Below are positions 35,937-45,639 of a stretch of DNA of 64,000 nt, one piece after another. The stretch comes from an uncultured Acidobacteriaceae bacterium (GTDB lineage: Bacteria > Acidobacteriota > Terriglobia > Terriglobales > Acidobacteriaceae), in NCBI GenBank assembly GCA_963836525.1, contig CAWIJW010000005.1, positions 25,669 through 89,668 on the forward strand. The letters are read 5' to 3'. The notes beneath the pieces were generated by a model, which searched no databases, was not told the DNA's origin, and saw only the letters and a program-made list of their open reading frames with translations. The translations under genes were made by a program, and so were the position numbers. The first letter of the stretch is position 1; every line of letters starts with the position of its first letter.

Positions 35937-37163
35937 TCAGTCCCGCAGCTTTACCCATTTCGCAGTCTTTTGCGCTTTGAGCACCAGCTCAGCGGCGAGC
36001 AGAGCCTCATCGGGGTCTTGCGCCGTATGCGTGCGGTTCACGATGTCGGCCACAAACTGCGACCCGAAGGGAAGCGGCATGGCGCTGCAGTCGACATACC
36101 GCGCCTGCTTGCTGTCCACCACGAACAAATTGTTTCCCTGATGGCTAACGGCGATGTTGGTGTACTTGCGCACCTCCATATATCCGTCGGTGCCGAGGAT
36201 AAACAGGCGGCCGTCGCCCCACGTGCCCAGGCCGTCGGGCGTGAACCAATCGAGCCGCACGTAGCCGAGGCCGCGGTTGCCGCGTAACACCATATCGCCG
36301 AAGTCCTGGAAGCGCGGGTACGAGGGATGGCGCACATTGGCGATCTGCGACTCCACCACCTCCGCCTCTGTCGATCCGGTGTAGAACAGGAACTGATCCA
36401 CCTGATGCGAGCCGATGTCGCACAGAATCCCGCCAGCCTGGTCCGGATTCCAGAACCACGCGGGACGTGGCGCTGCGCCACCGGCGTTTCCGCTGTGCTG
36501 GATGATCTGATGCGGCGCAATGTTGATGGTCTGGATCACTTTTCCAATTGCGCCCTGCCGCACGAGCACGCCCGCATAGACTGCTGCCTTCACTTCCAGC
36601 AGCTCGCTATAGAGGATGGCGTAGATCCGCCTGGTTTCGGCGATGGTCCTGCGCACCTCTGCAAGTTGTTCAAGCGTCGTCATCCCCGGCTTATCGGAAA
36701 GAAAATCTTTGCCTCGCTTCATGGCGCGCACGGCCAGCGCGGCGCGCTCGCTGGCGATCTGCGAGGTCAGAACCAGTTGCACTGCAGGGGCATCGAGAAT
36801 TTCGTCCTGCGTCGCGACGATCTTCACATCGGGGAATCGCTTGCGGAACAGCGCGAGCTTGTCCTCTTCGCCGCCCCACGCCGCCACCAATTCGCCGCCG
36901 CCGCGCTGGACGGCGCCGATCATGCCGTAGATGTGGTCATGGCTCATGCCGCAGACGGCAAACTTGATGTGGTATTTGGGAGCTTCCTCGTTCTGGGAGG
37001 GGGCTTGCGCGGGTACGACGGCGTCCTCCACGACACGTACCGCTGGGCCGCTGAAGGCCATTGCTCCTTCGGGCAGCCCGGCCATCATCGCCGCTGAACC
37101 CAGCGAACCCACCAGACCTGCTTGCTTCAAGAACTCACGCCGCTGTGTGAAACTCGTTGTCAT
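35937..37163 (-). CDS. Gfo/Idh/MocA family oxidoreductase with a twin-arginine-like N-terminus
   Basis: QRREFLKQAG; FAVCGMSHDH; LSDKPG; GGILCDIGSHQVD; RLDWFTPDGLGTWGDGR. SD GGAGG lies before ATG 37163. Confidence 0.9.
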   Translation of the reverse strand: MTTSFTQRREFLKQAGLVGSLGSAAMMAGLPEGAMAFSGPAVRVVEDAVVPAQAPSQNEEAPKYHIKFAVCGMSHDHIYGMIGAVQRGGGELVAAWGGEEDKLALFRKRFPDVKIVATQDEILDAPAVQLVLTSQIASERAALAVRAMKRGKDFLSDKPGMTTLEQLAEVRRTIAETRRIYAILYSELLEVKAAVYAGVLVRQGAIGKVIQTINIAPHQIIQHSGNAGGAAPRPAWFWNPDQAGGILCDIGSHQVDQFLFYTGSTEAEVVESQIANVRHPSYPRFQDFGDMVLRGNRGLGYVRLDWFTPDGLGTWGDGRLFILGTDGYMEVRKYTNIAVSHQGNNLFVVDSKQARYVDCSAMPLPFGSQFVADIVNRTHTAQDPDEALLAAELVLKAQKTAKWVKLRD

Positions 37164-37203
37164 TTTTCCTCCGCATTGCGACCGCATGAATCCGTCATCC
37201 GCT

Positions 37204-38334
37204 TTACTTAACGCCGCATCCCGGCGGTGCATTCACCGGATTGCATCGCGCCGCCACGTTGCCGGGCAGGCTCACCGAGTAGTGTCCATCCCAGCGCGCC
37301 GGCTCGCTCGCCGGATAGTCCGTGCTGAGCATCTGCGCGCCACTGGCCATCATGGTATCGCGCTTGCGTGTGTCGTTGGCTCGCGCCTCCTTGGTGCTGT
37401 CGTCGGTGCGCGTGCGCACCAGATAGCCTTGCCGCACAAGCGCCGCGATCGTGTCCGCCGGTTCGTCATTGCACTCGGTGAACGCGGCATCCGGCTCGCC
37501 CGGCACGGCATTGGTGAAGAGCACGCGCCCCCGCAGCGACGGATGCCCGTCGAGATATACCGGACCCGCCCAGCGCTGATCCATCAGGAACATCACCTTG
37601 CCGCGCGTGCTTTTTAGCGTGGGCCAGTTGCCGGCGAGCACGGCCTGGTTCAGCGTTTCGTAGCGGCCGCGCACATCGTCGGGCGTGATCAGCTCGTCCG
37701 GCCCGAAGACCGAGCGGATCTCGGCATCCAGCGCGTTGAAGACGGCTGGCGTGAACGGCTCCGCGGGCGTCAGTTGCATCGGGCCCTCCGATGACTTCTG
37801 TTTGGTCTCGATCAAGATGAAGATGGGGATATGGTGCGGATGCGCATGCGACCACGCCCACACCTCCCTAAGGCACGCGATAAACGGCTGGCACACGCTG
37901 CGGTAGTCGATATCTTGCACGTGCATCACTTTGAAGCCCGGCTTCAACATCACGCCTTCGGGATCGAACGGCGGATCGGGCGGGAGATTTGCCTCGGCCA
38001 CCATGCGCGGCCCTGCGGGATGAGCGAAGCGTCCGCCCTGGCTGTCAGCGAATATGTCAAGCTCGATTTGGCGCACGCCAGCGTCAAGCTGCTTGGTAAG
38101 CGACTCGTGCCGGTAGTCGAGCCCCGTAAAGACCTCAGGATTCTTCGTCTGCCACAGCTTGGCTTCGCTGGGCGCAATGCCGGCGTGATAGCTGTTGTGC
38201 GTTCCGATCACCTGGATCTGATTCAGCTTGAGGCTCCCGTGACGATCCAGCTCCTGGCATTCAACGGCCGCAACCGTACCGGTCAACGCCACCCCCAGCG
38301 CACTCACAGCCATCCCCCGGCAATTCCGAAACAT
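37204..38334 (-). CDS. PI-PLC-like phosphodiesterase (PI-PLC-C1 type), secreted
   Basis: IQVIGTHNSYH, QLDAGVRQIELDI, FKVMHVQDID, LVRTRTD, GAQMLSTDYP; signal-like N-terminus. Confidence 0.85.
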   Translation of the reverse strand: MFRNCRGMAVSALGVALTGTVAAVECQELDRHGSLKLNQIQVIGTHNSYHAGIAPSEAKLWQTKNPEVFTGLDYRHESLTKQLDAGVRQIELDIFADSQGGRFAHPAGPRMVAEANLPPDPPFDPEGVMLKPGFKVMHVQDIDYRSVCQPFIACLREVWAWSHAHPHHIPIFILIETKQKSSEGPMQLTPAEPFTPAVFNALDAEIRSVFGPDELITPDDVRGRYETLNQAVLAGNWPTLKSTRGKVMFLMDQRWAGPVYLDGHPSLRGRVLFTNAVPGEPDAAFTECNDEPADTIAALVRQGYLVRTRTDDSTKEARANDTRKRDTMMASGAQMLSTDYPASEPARWDGHYSVSLPGNVAARCNPVNAPPGCGVK

Positions 38335-38491
38335 CTCCGCTTCCTCTCCATCTGGCATCGCGAAACCCGCCGCGACCAGCCTACAAGATCGACGCTCACA
38401 GCCGCATGTGAGAAAATCGCGTGGCTGGGCCGGTCGACCTTAAGTGACAAGTCTGAGGACGCACTCACGGCCTCTGCGAAAATGGACTTTC

Positions 38492-40450
38492 ATGCTTTCG
38501 CTTCAACATGCCGGAAAGAGGTTCGGGCCGCGCGTATTGTTTCTCGAGGCCGATTGGCTGATCCGCAACGACGAGAAAACCGCGCTCGTGGGCGCCAACG
38601 GCGCCGGAAAGTCGACGCTGATGAAGATCCTGGCCGGCCTGGAAACGCTGGACTACGGCTTGCTCGAACAGACACGCGGCATCAGCATCGGCTACCTGCC
38701 GCAAGAGGGGTTGCGGCTTGCGGGCCGCAGCGTCTTTAACGAGTGCCTCGCCGTCTTCGACGAGCTGCACGAGATGCAGCGCGAAATCGAGCGACTGGCC
38801 GGTCAGCTGGCGGAACTCGATCACGAAAGCGCGGAGTACCAATCCGCGGCCGAGCGCTACTCGCTGTTGCAGGATCGCTTTCACGCCCTCGATGGCTACG
38901 CGCTCGATGCGCAGGTGGGCAGCGTGCTCACGGGCCTGGGCTTCGGCAAGGAGGATTGGGCGCGGCAGACCGACGAGTTCAGCGGCGGATGGCAGATGCG
39001 CATCGCGCTGGCCAAGCTGCTGCTCGCAAAGCCCAACCTGCTGCTGCTCGACGAGCCCACCAACCACTTAGATCTCGAAACGCGCAACTGGCTCGAGGAC
39101 TATCTCAAGAGCTATCCCTTCGGTTACATCCTTATTTCGCACGATCGCTACTTTCTCGATGTGACGATTGACCGCACCGTGGAGATCTGGAATAAGCGCC
39201 TGACCATCTACCAGGGGAATTACACCAAGTACCTGAAGCAGAAAGACGAGCGGCGCGAACAACTGATGGCTGCCTATCGCAATCAGCGTGAGCGCATCGA
39301 GCACCTTGAGACCTTCATCAACCGCTTCCGCTACCAGGCCACGAAGGCCAAGCAGGTGCAGTCGCGCATCAAGGAGCTTGAAAAGATTGAGCGCATCGAG
39401 GTTCCCGAAGAAGAGCCGGTCATCCACTTCAAGTTTCCCCAGCCGCCGCCGTCAGGCCGCATCGTCGCCGAGGCCGGGGGGCTGGCGAAGAGCTACGGGC
39501 CGAAACAGGTGTTTGCGGGCGCGCGCTTCACCATCGAACGTGGCGACCGCGTGGCGCTGGTCGGCGTGAACGGCGCAGGCAAGTCCACGCTGATCAAATT
39601 GCTTACCGGCGCGGAGGGGCCCACCGCCGGCTCGATTTGCCTGGGCCACAACGTGGTCGCCGAGTACTTTGCGCAGGACCAGTACAAGGTGCTCGACCCC
39701 GAGGTACGCATGCTCGACGACATCAGCCGCGCCGCCCACCGCGTGCCGGAGGTGGAACTGCGCTCGCTTCTCGGCTGCTTTCTCTTCTCCGGCGACGACG
39801 TCTTCAAGCCGCTCGGCGTGCTCTCGGGCGGCGAGCACAACCGCTACGCTCTGGCACGCATTCTCGTCTCTCCCTCGAACTTCCTGCTCCTCGATGAGCC
39901 AACGAACCACCTGGACATGCGCGCCAAAGACGTGCTGCTTGAAGCGCTCGCCAACTACAGTGGGACGGTGATCTTCGTTTCTCACGACCGCTACTTCATC
40001 GATCGCCTGGCCACGCGCGTGCTCGAGATTGAGAACGGCGCAGTGACGGCGTACGAGGGCAACTACGAAGACTATCTGCGGCGGAAGGGCGCGCTGGCCG
40101 CGCCGGTGCCGGCTTCGCAATACGAAAAGCCCGAATCGATCGGAACCACGATTGTCATCGAGGGCGGGCCAGAGCCCTCCGGCAGCGCGACCTCGTCCAC
40201 TGCCCATCGGCCCCGCCGTTTGAATCCGATCAGGCAGAAGCAAATGGAAGATCGCTGCGCGTTTCTCGAAGAGGAGATTCCACGTGTCGAGAGCGCCATT
40301 CTGCACACCGAAGAGCAATTGACTGTCTACGTCTCCGCCGTCGAGACGCAGCGCCTGACAACCCTCGCCGAAGAGCTGCGCGCGCAGCTCGCCACGCTGA
40401 CCGGCGAGTGGGAGGAGTTGATGCGGCAACTCGAAGGCCAAACGACCTGA
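38492..40450 (+). CDS. ABC-F family ATPase (two NBDs, no TM domain, C-terminal coiled coil)
   Basis: GANGAGKS / FSGGWQMR / LLDEPTNHLD and GVNGAGKS / LSGGEHNR / LLDEPTNHLD; linker INRFRYQATKAKQVQSRIK. Confidence 0.93.
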   Translation: MLSLQHAGKRFGPRVLFLEADWLIRNDEKTALVGANGAGKSTLMKILAGLETLDYGLLEQTRGISIGYLPQEGLRLAGRSVFNECLAVFDELHEMQREIERLAGQLAELDHESAEYQSAAERYSLLQDRFHALDGYALDAQVGSVLTGLGFGKEDWARQTDEFSGGWQMRIALAKLLLAKPNLLLLDEPTNHLDLETRNWLEDYLKSYPFGYILISHDRYFLDVTIDRTVEIWNKRLTIYQGNYTKYLKQKDERREQLMAAYRNQRERIEHLETFINRFRYQATKAKQVQSRIKELEKIERIEVPEEEPVIHFKFPQPPPSGRIVAEAGGLAKSYGPKQVFAGARFTIERGDRVALVGVNGAGKSTLIKLLTGAEGPTAGSICLGHNVVAEYFAQDQYKVLDPEVRMLDDISRAAHRVPEVELRSLLGCFLFSGDDVFKPLGVLSGGEHNRYALARILVSPSNFLLLDEPTNHLDMRAKDVLLEALANYSGTVIFVSHDRYFIDRLATRVLEIENGAVTAYEGNYEDYLRRKGALAAPVPASQYEKPESIGTTIVIEGGPEPSGSATSSTAHRPRRLNPIRQKQMEDRCAFLEEEIPRVESAILHTEEQLTVYVSAVETQRLTTLAEELRAQLATLTGEWEELMRQLEGQTT

Positions 40451-40494
40451 CCCTGCGGCGAACCTCGAATCCGGTCGTGCATAATCAAATCACG

Positions 40495-43371
40495 ATGGCT
40501 CTTTTGTGGAATCCCGAGAGCTGGTCGCAGCGGCTGGCCGAGCTCGAAGCGCAAAGCGGCGACCTGAAGGAGGCTCCGCTCAGGCGTGACGTGCGCTCGC
40601 TGGGCACGCTGCTGGGCGCGGTACTGCGCGAGCAGGCCGGGGATGAGCTATTCGCGCAGGTCGAGGCGCTGAGGCAGGGCACCATCCGCCGCCGCGACGC
40701 CGACGCGCGCGGCCACGCCGAAGAGGCCGCCCGCCACGCCGCCGCCGCTCTGGAGTTGGTGCACTCGCTGCCCGTCGAGCACGCCATCCTGCTCACCCGC
40801 GCCTTTGCTTTCTACTTCGAGCTCATCAACCTGGCCGAGACGAACCATCGCAAGCGCCGCCGCATCGCGCTGCGCCTGAGTGGCCAGGCCGGCCGCCAGC
40901 GCGGCTCGCTTGAGGGCACATTCTCTGAGATGCGCCGCGTGGGCATCGGCGCGGAAGAGGCATTGAACTGGCTGCGCCGCGTGCTCATCGTGCCCGTCTT
41001 TACGGCGCACCCTACTGAGGCGGCGCGGCGCACCGTCATGTTCAAGCGCCGCCGCATCGGCGAGTTTCTTGAGGCGCTTGACCGCATTCCGCTTCCCGAG
41101 CAGGACATGGCGCGACTGGAGGAACTGGTGCTGGCCGAAATCACGGGCCTGTGGCAGACCGATGAGGTGCGGTCGCGCCGGCCCACGGTCTACGACGAAA
41201 TTAAGATGGGCCTCGACTACTACGACGTCTCTATTTTTGAGACTCTGCCTGAGCTTTACCGCGAGATTTCTTCAGCCCTGCGCGCCGCGTACGGGCTTGA
41301 GATCGAGCCGCTCGAGCTGCCGCTGGTCCTGCGCTTCGGCTCCTGGATCGGCGGCGACCGCGACGGCAATCCCTTTGTCACACCCGAGGTCACGCGCGCC
41401 GCCCTCCAGCTTGCGCGAGGGCACCTGCTGCTCTACTACCAGCGCCGACTCGACGAAATCATCGACCTGCTGACCACGAGCGCGCAGCAACGGCCAGTGA
41501 GCGACGCGCTGCTTGAGCGCCTGCGCGCCTACGTGGCTCAAGTGCACACGCCCGAGGCGCAGGTCTTCGGCGCGCAGTACGAGTTCGAGTACTATCGCCG
41601 CTTCGTCATCTGCCTCAAGGCGCGCATCCAACGCACGCTGGAGCAAGCAGGAGAAGGGCACGCGGCCGCCGGCGCCACGATGCCGGTGACGCCCTACACG
41701 CTGGCGCGCGGCCACGACAAGCTCGCGCAGGCGCTGCCCGCCTATTGCTCGGTCCAGGATTTTCTCGACGATCTGGGGACGCTGCGCGCCTCGCTCGCCG
41801 CCAACCAAGGCATGCGCATTGCACGCACGCTCATCGATCCGCTCATCCTGCAGGTGCGCACCTTCGGCCTTCATCTGCACGCGCTCGACATTCGCCAGCA
41901 CGCGCGTGTTCACGCCGCCGCGTTGCGTGAGGCAATCAGCGACACTATCGCACCTGCGTTGCAGAGCGGGCTCTCCGCCGAGACGGCCAGCGTGCTTGAA
42001 ACTTTCCGCGTGGTGGCCGAGGTCAAGCAAGGCTGCTCACCCGAGGCGATTCGCCAGTACGTCATCAGCGGCGCCGAGTCCGTCGATGATGTGCTGGCTG
42101 TGATTCGCCTGGCGCGGCTGGGCGGCGTGACGGTGGAAGGCGCGGGCGAGCAACCCGGGCTTGACCCAGGTCTGATGCCGGTGCCGCTCTTCGAATCCAT
42201 CGAAGATCTGCGCAACGCGCCGTCGGTGTGCCGCGAGCTCTGGAGCCGGACGGACTACCGCCGGCTTCTCGAATCCTGGGGCAACTGGCAAGAGGTCATG
42301 CTCGGCTACTCCGACTCGAACAAGGACGGCGGCATGCTGACCTCAACCTGGGAAATCTTCCGTGCGCATCGCGATCTGCACATAGTGGCGCGCGAGACCG
42401 GCATCAAACTGCGTATCTTCCATGGCCGCGGGGGCACGGTGGGCCGCGGCGGAGGGCCCACGCATCGCGCCATCTTCGCCCAGCCCTTCGATGCGTTTGA
42501 CGGCCAGTTGCGCATCACCGAGCAGGGCGAGGTGCTCAACTTCAAATATGCCGACGAGGTGCTGGCCGAGCGAAATTTGGAACTCATGATCGCTGCGTCG
42601 CTCGATGCCCTGGCGCGACCCAACGCGCGCGACCCCGAGGGCCACTTCACCGGCGTGCTCAAGCCGGAGTGGGAGGCCGCGCTCGACGAATTGTCGAATC
42701 TGGCATTCGGCTTTTACCGCAAGCACATTCTCGAGGACAGCGGCGTCATCGCCTACTTCGAGCAGTCCACGCCCGTTGGCGAGCTGGAGAACGCCAAAAT
42801 CGGTTCGCGGCCCGCGCGCCGCAACGATTCACCCAGACTCTCCGATCTGCGCGCCATCCCGTGGGTCTTCGGCTGGACGCAATCGCGCCTGCTGGTTCCT
42901 GCGTGGTTCGGCGTGGGCTTCGCCATCGACCAGTTTCTGGGCCGCTCTGGCGCGCCCCCCGGTTCCAGTCTCGCCCTCCTGCAGACCATGGCCCAGGAAT
43001 TTCCGCTCTTCATCGACCTGCTGCGCAACGTGGAGATGGCGCTGGGCAAGGCCGACCTGGGCACCGCGCGGCTCTACTCGACACTGGTAAAGGACGAGAA
43101 ACTCCGCGAGCGCATATACGATCTCTTCGAGGCCGAATACCATCGCACCGTGCGCGCGGTTCTCGCGGTCACGTGCCAGACGGAGCTGCTCGAGAGCAAC
43201 CAGGTGCTGGCGCACTCCATCAAGTTACGCAACCCGTACGTCGATCCCATGCACCTCATCCAGGTGGATATGCTGCGCCGCAAGCGCGCCGGGGAGGACA
43301 CCCCCGAGGTGAACCGGGCAATTGCCGCGACGATCAACGGCATCTCGGCCGGGCTCAGGAACACGGGCTAA
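40495..43371 (+). CDS. ppc: Phosphoenolpyruvate carboxylase
   Basis: VFTAHPTE, GSWIGGDRDGNP, QEVMLGYSDSNKDGG, FHGRGGTVGRGGGP, LRAIPWVFGWTQ, LRNPYVDP, GLRNTG. Confidence 0.97.
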   Translation: MALLWNPESWSQRLAELEAQSGDLKEAPLRRDVRSLGTLLGAVLREQAGDELFAQVEALRQGTIRRRDADARGHAEEAARHAAAALELVHSLPVEHAILLTRAFAFYFELINLAETNHRKRRRIALRLSGQAGRQRGSLEGTFSEMRRVGIGAEEALNWLRRVLIVPVFTAHPTEAARRTVMFKRRRIGEFLEALDRIPLPEQDMARLEELVLAEITGLWQTDEVRSRRPTVYDEIKMGLDYYDVSIFETLPELYREISSALRAAYGLEIEPLELPLVLRFGSWIGGDRDGNPFVTPEVTRAALQLARGHLLLYYQRRLDEIIDLLTTSAQQRPVSDALLERLRAYVAQVHTPEAQVFGAQYEFEYYRRFVICLKARIQRTLEQAGEGHAAAGATMPVTPYTLARGHDKLAQALPAYCSVQDFLDDLGTLRASLAANQGMRIARTLIDPLILQVRTFGLHLHALDIRQHARVHAAALREAISDTIAPALQSGLSAETASVLETFRVVAEVKQGCSPEAIRQYVISGAESVDDVLAVIRLARLGGVTVEGAGEQPGLDPGLMPVPLFESIEDLRNAPSVCRELWSRTDYRRLLESWGNWQEVMLGYSDSNKDGGMLTSTWEIFRAHRDLHIVARETGIKLRIFHGRGGTVGRGGGPTHRAIFAQPFDAFDGQLRITEQGEVLNFKYADEVLAERNLELMIAASLDALARPNARDPEGHFTGVLKPEWEAALDELSNLAFGFYRKHILEDSGVIAYFEQSTPVGELENAKIGSRPARRNDSPRLSDLRAIPWVFGWTQSRLLVPAWFGVGFAIDQFLGRSGAPPGSSLALLQTMAQEFPLFIDLLRNVEMALGKADLGTARLYSTLVKDEKLRERIYDLFEAEYHRTVRAVLAVTCQTELLESNQVLAHSIKLRNPYVDPMHLIQVDMLRRKRAGEDTPEVNRAIAATINGISAGLRNTG

Positions 43372-43668
43372 GGCGTAGGTTTCCTCCGCTCCGCAGACTC
43401 CCCCGCGCTTCATCGCTTCCGCGATTCAGGCAATGTAGATTTTGTGTCTCCAGGCATCCGAGACGAAATGGCTCTTGCCATCGGCGGGGCGTTGGGTCTA
43501 GGCTATTTGTATGCATCGATGTCGCTAACACCGTCCTGGTGCCAGCTCCGATGCCGAAGTGGGCCCGAACGCGCGCGATTTTCCCAACCTGACAGCTTGC
43601 ACCGTTCCCCAAGAATCCGATCCACGAGCAATCCAGGCCTTTTGGCCCTGGAGAAAAGGAGATCATTT

Positions 43669-44649
43669 ATGGCGCGCATTGCTGCGAACGTAACTGAATT
43701 GATCGGCCGCACTCCCCTTGTGCGGTTAAACCGCGTGGCGGCCGGACTGCCGGCTACCGTCGTGGCCAAACTGGAAAGCCAGAACCCCGCATCGAGCGTC
43801 AAGGACCGCATTGGCTTTGCCATGATCGATGCCGCCGAAAAGGCCGGCAAGATCACACCAGGCAAGACGGTGCTGATTGAACCAACCAGCGGCAACACCG
43901 GCATCGCGCTGGCGTTTGTGGCTGCGGTGAAGGGCTACCGGGTCATTCTCACCATGCCCGAGACCATGAGCCTGGAGCGCCGCGTTACGCTGCTCGCCTA
44001 TGGCGCGGAGATCGTACTTACCCACGGCCCCAACGGCATGAAGGGTGCCATCGCCAAAGCCAATGAGATCAGGGAAAAGACGCCCAACGGCTACATCCTG
44101 CAGCAGTTTGACAACCCTGCCAACCCGGCGATTCACCTAGCCACCACCGGCCCCGAAATCTGGGACGACACGGACGGCAAAGTGGATATCCTCATCTCCG
44201 GCGTGGGCACCGGCGGCACCATCACCGGCGTCGCCAATTACGTGAAGCCGCGCAAGCCTTCGTTCAAGGCCATCGCCGTCGAGCCTACTGACAGCGCGGT
44301 GCTCTCGGGCGGCAAGCCCGGACCGCACAAGATCCAGGGGCTGGGCGCGGGCTTCATCCCCAGCATTCTCGACACGAAGCTGATCGACGAGGTTGTCCAG
44401 GTCACCAACGACGAGTCGGTGGAGATGGCTCGCCGGCTGGCGAAGGAGGAGGGCCTCTTTGTCGGCATCAGCTCCGGTGCTGCTGCGGCTGCGGCGCTCA
44501 AGGTGGCCGCGCGGCCGGAGAATAAGGGCAAGCTGATTGTGACCGTGCTGCCTGACTTCGGGGAGCGATATCTGTCGAGCATACTCTTCGAACCGCTCCG
44601 CCAGCAGGCGCTGGCTTTGCAGCCCGAGCCGATTGCGGTGACGGCGTAA
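43669..44649 (+). CDS. cysK: Cysteine synthase A (O-acetylserine sulfhydrylase)
   Basis: [20 protein letters not shown] (PLP Lys), [34 protein letters not shown]; SD AAGGAG. Confidence 0.97.
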   Translation: MARIAANVTELIGRTPLVRLNRVAAGLPATVVAKLESQNPASSVKDRIGFAMIDAAEKAGKITPGKTVLIEPTSGNTGIALAFVAAVKGYRVILTMPETMSLERRVTLLAYGAEIVLTHGPNGMKGAIAKANEIREKTPNGYILQQFDNPANPAIHLATTGPEIWDDTDGKVDILISGVGTGGTITGVANYVKPRKPSFKAIAVEPTDSAVLSGGKPGPHKIQGLGAGFIPSILDTKLIDEVVQVTNDESVEMARRLAKEEGLFVGISSGAAAAAALKVAARPENKGKLIVTVLPDFGERYLSSILFEPLRQQALALQPEPIAVTA

Positions 44650-44692
44650 GAATAGGGAAGAGGGTAGAGGGAGCAGGGAGCAGGGAACCGGG
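44650..44692 (+). repeat. G-rich heptamer tandem repeat (six GGG tracts) between cysK and cysE
   Basis: GGG at 44655, 44662, 44669, 44676, 44683 and 44690, an exact 7-nt period. GAATAGGGA (44650-58) also has an inverted copy TCCCTATTC at ~44738-46. Confidence 0.85.
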
Positions 44693-44772
44693 AGCGACGA
44701 TTCGGTGCTCGTGCGGGCGCTTGTCGAATTTCCCGCGTCCCTATTCCTTGGCGCCCAGGTCTCTTGAAAGTT

Positions 44773-45507
44773 ATGTCCTTGTTCGGCCGAATTCGCGACG
44801 ACGTTGACTCCGTAATGGAGCGGGACCCGGCTGCGCGCACCCGCCTCGAAGTCCTCCTTTGCTATCCGGGGCTGTGGGCGCTGTGGATTCACCGCGTCTC
44901 GCATTGGCTCTGGCGGCACAAACTGCGCCTGCTGGCGCGCCTGCTCTCGCAGGTGGGCCGCTTCTTCACCGGGGTCGACATCCATCCCGGTGCGCTCATC
45001 GGCCGCCGGCTCTTCATCGACCATGCTACAGGCGTGGTGATCGGCGAAACCGCCATCGTGGGCAGCGACGTGACCATGTACCAGGGCGTCACGCTCGGAG
45101 GCACCGGCAAGGGCCACGGCAAACGCCATCCTACGATTTGCGATCGCGTCTTCATCGGCAACAACGCCAATATCCTGGGCAACGTGACGGTCGGTGAGAA
45201 CTCGCGCGTCGGCGCCGGCTCCGTCGTTCTTACTGACGTACCGCCGAATTCAACTGTCGTTGGCGTTCCCGCCCACATCGTCTACCGCAACGGCGAGCGC
45301 GTGCTCATCACCGATCCGCACGACATCAAAGACCCGCTCTCCGACGCTCTGATCGCGCTCTCGGCCCGCGTGGAGGAGCTGGAAGAACGGCTGGGCGCGG
45401 AACCGTGCCCACCTGATCCCTTTGCAGCCGAAGAAGTGGAACGCGCTGCCTACCGCGTGGAGCTTGAGCGGATGCGAGTCTACGTCACCATGGGCGAAGG
45501 GATCTGA
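44773..45507 (+). CDS. cysE: Serine O-acetyltransferase
   Basis: [45 protein letters not shown] hexapeptide repeats, VVGVPA; C-terminus MGEGI. Confidence 0.96.
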   Translation: MSLFGRIRDDVDSVMERDPAARTRLEVLLCYPGLWALWIHRVSHWLWRHKLRLLARLLSQVGRFFTGVDIHPGALIGRRLFIDHATGVVIGETAIVGSDVTMYQGVTLGGTGKGHGKRHPTICDRVFIGNNANILGNVTVGENSRVGAGSVVLTDVPPNSTVVGVPAHIVYRNGERVLITDPHDIKDPLSDALIALSARVEELEERLGAEPCPPDPFAAEEVERAAYRVELERMRVYVTMGEGI

Positions 45508-45639
45508 AGGCCGTTCGCTGCGAATTGCAAGAGTCTCCATCCACGTCATATTCTTTCTGAGCGGGTGAAGCGAATGCGGCCAGGTACACTGGTACTTCAC
45601 TCTTCATCAATCTGCGTCAGGAAAGACACTCTCGCCTTC

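Noticed and set aside
43530-43560. GGTGCCAGCTCC upstream of cysK, resembling part of a SAM-I riboswitch
   Set aside because: The other SAM-I elements (ATC..GAG P1 junction, kink-turn P2, GCAACC) were not found.
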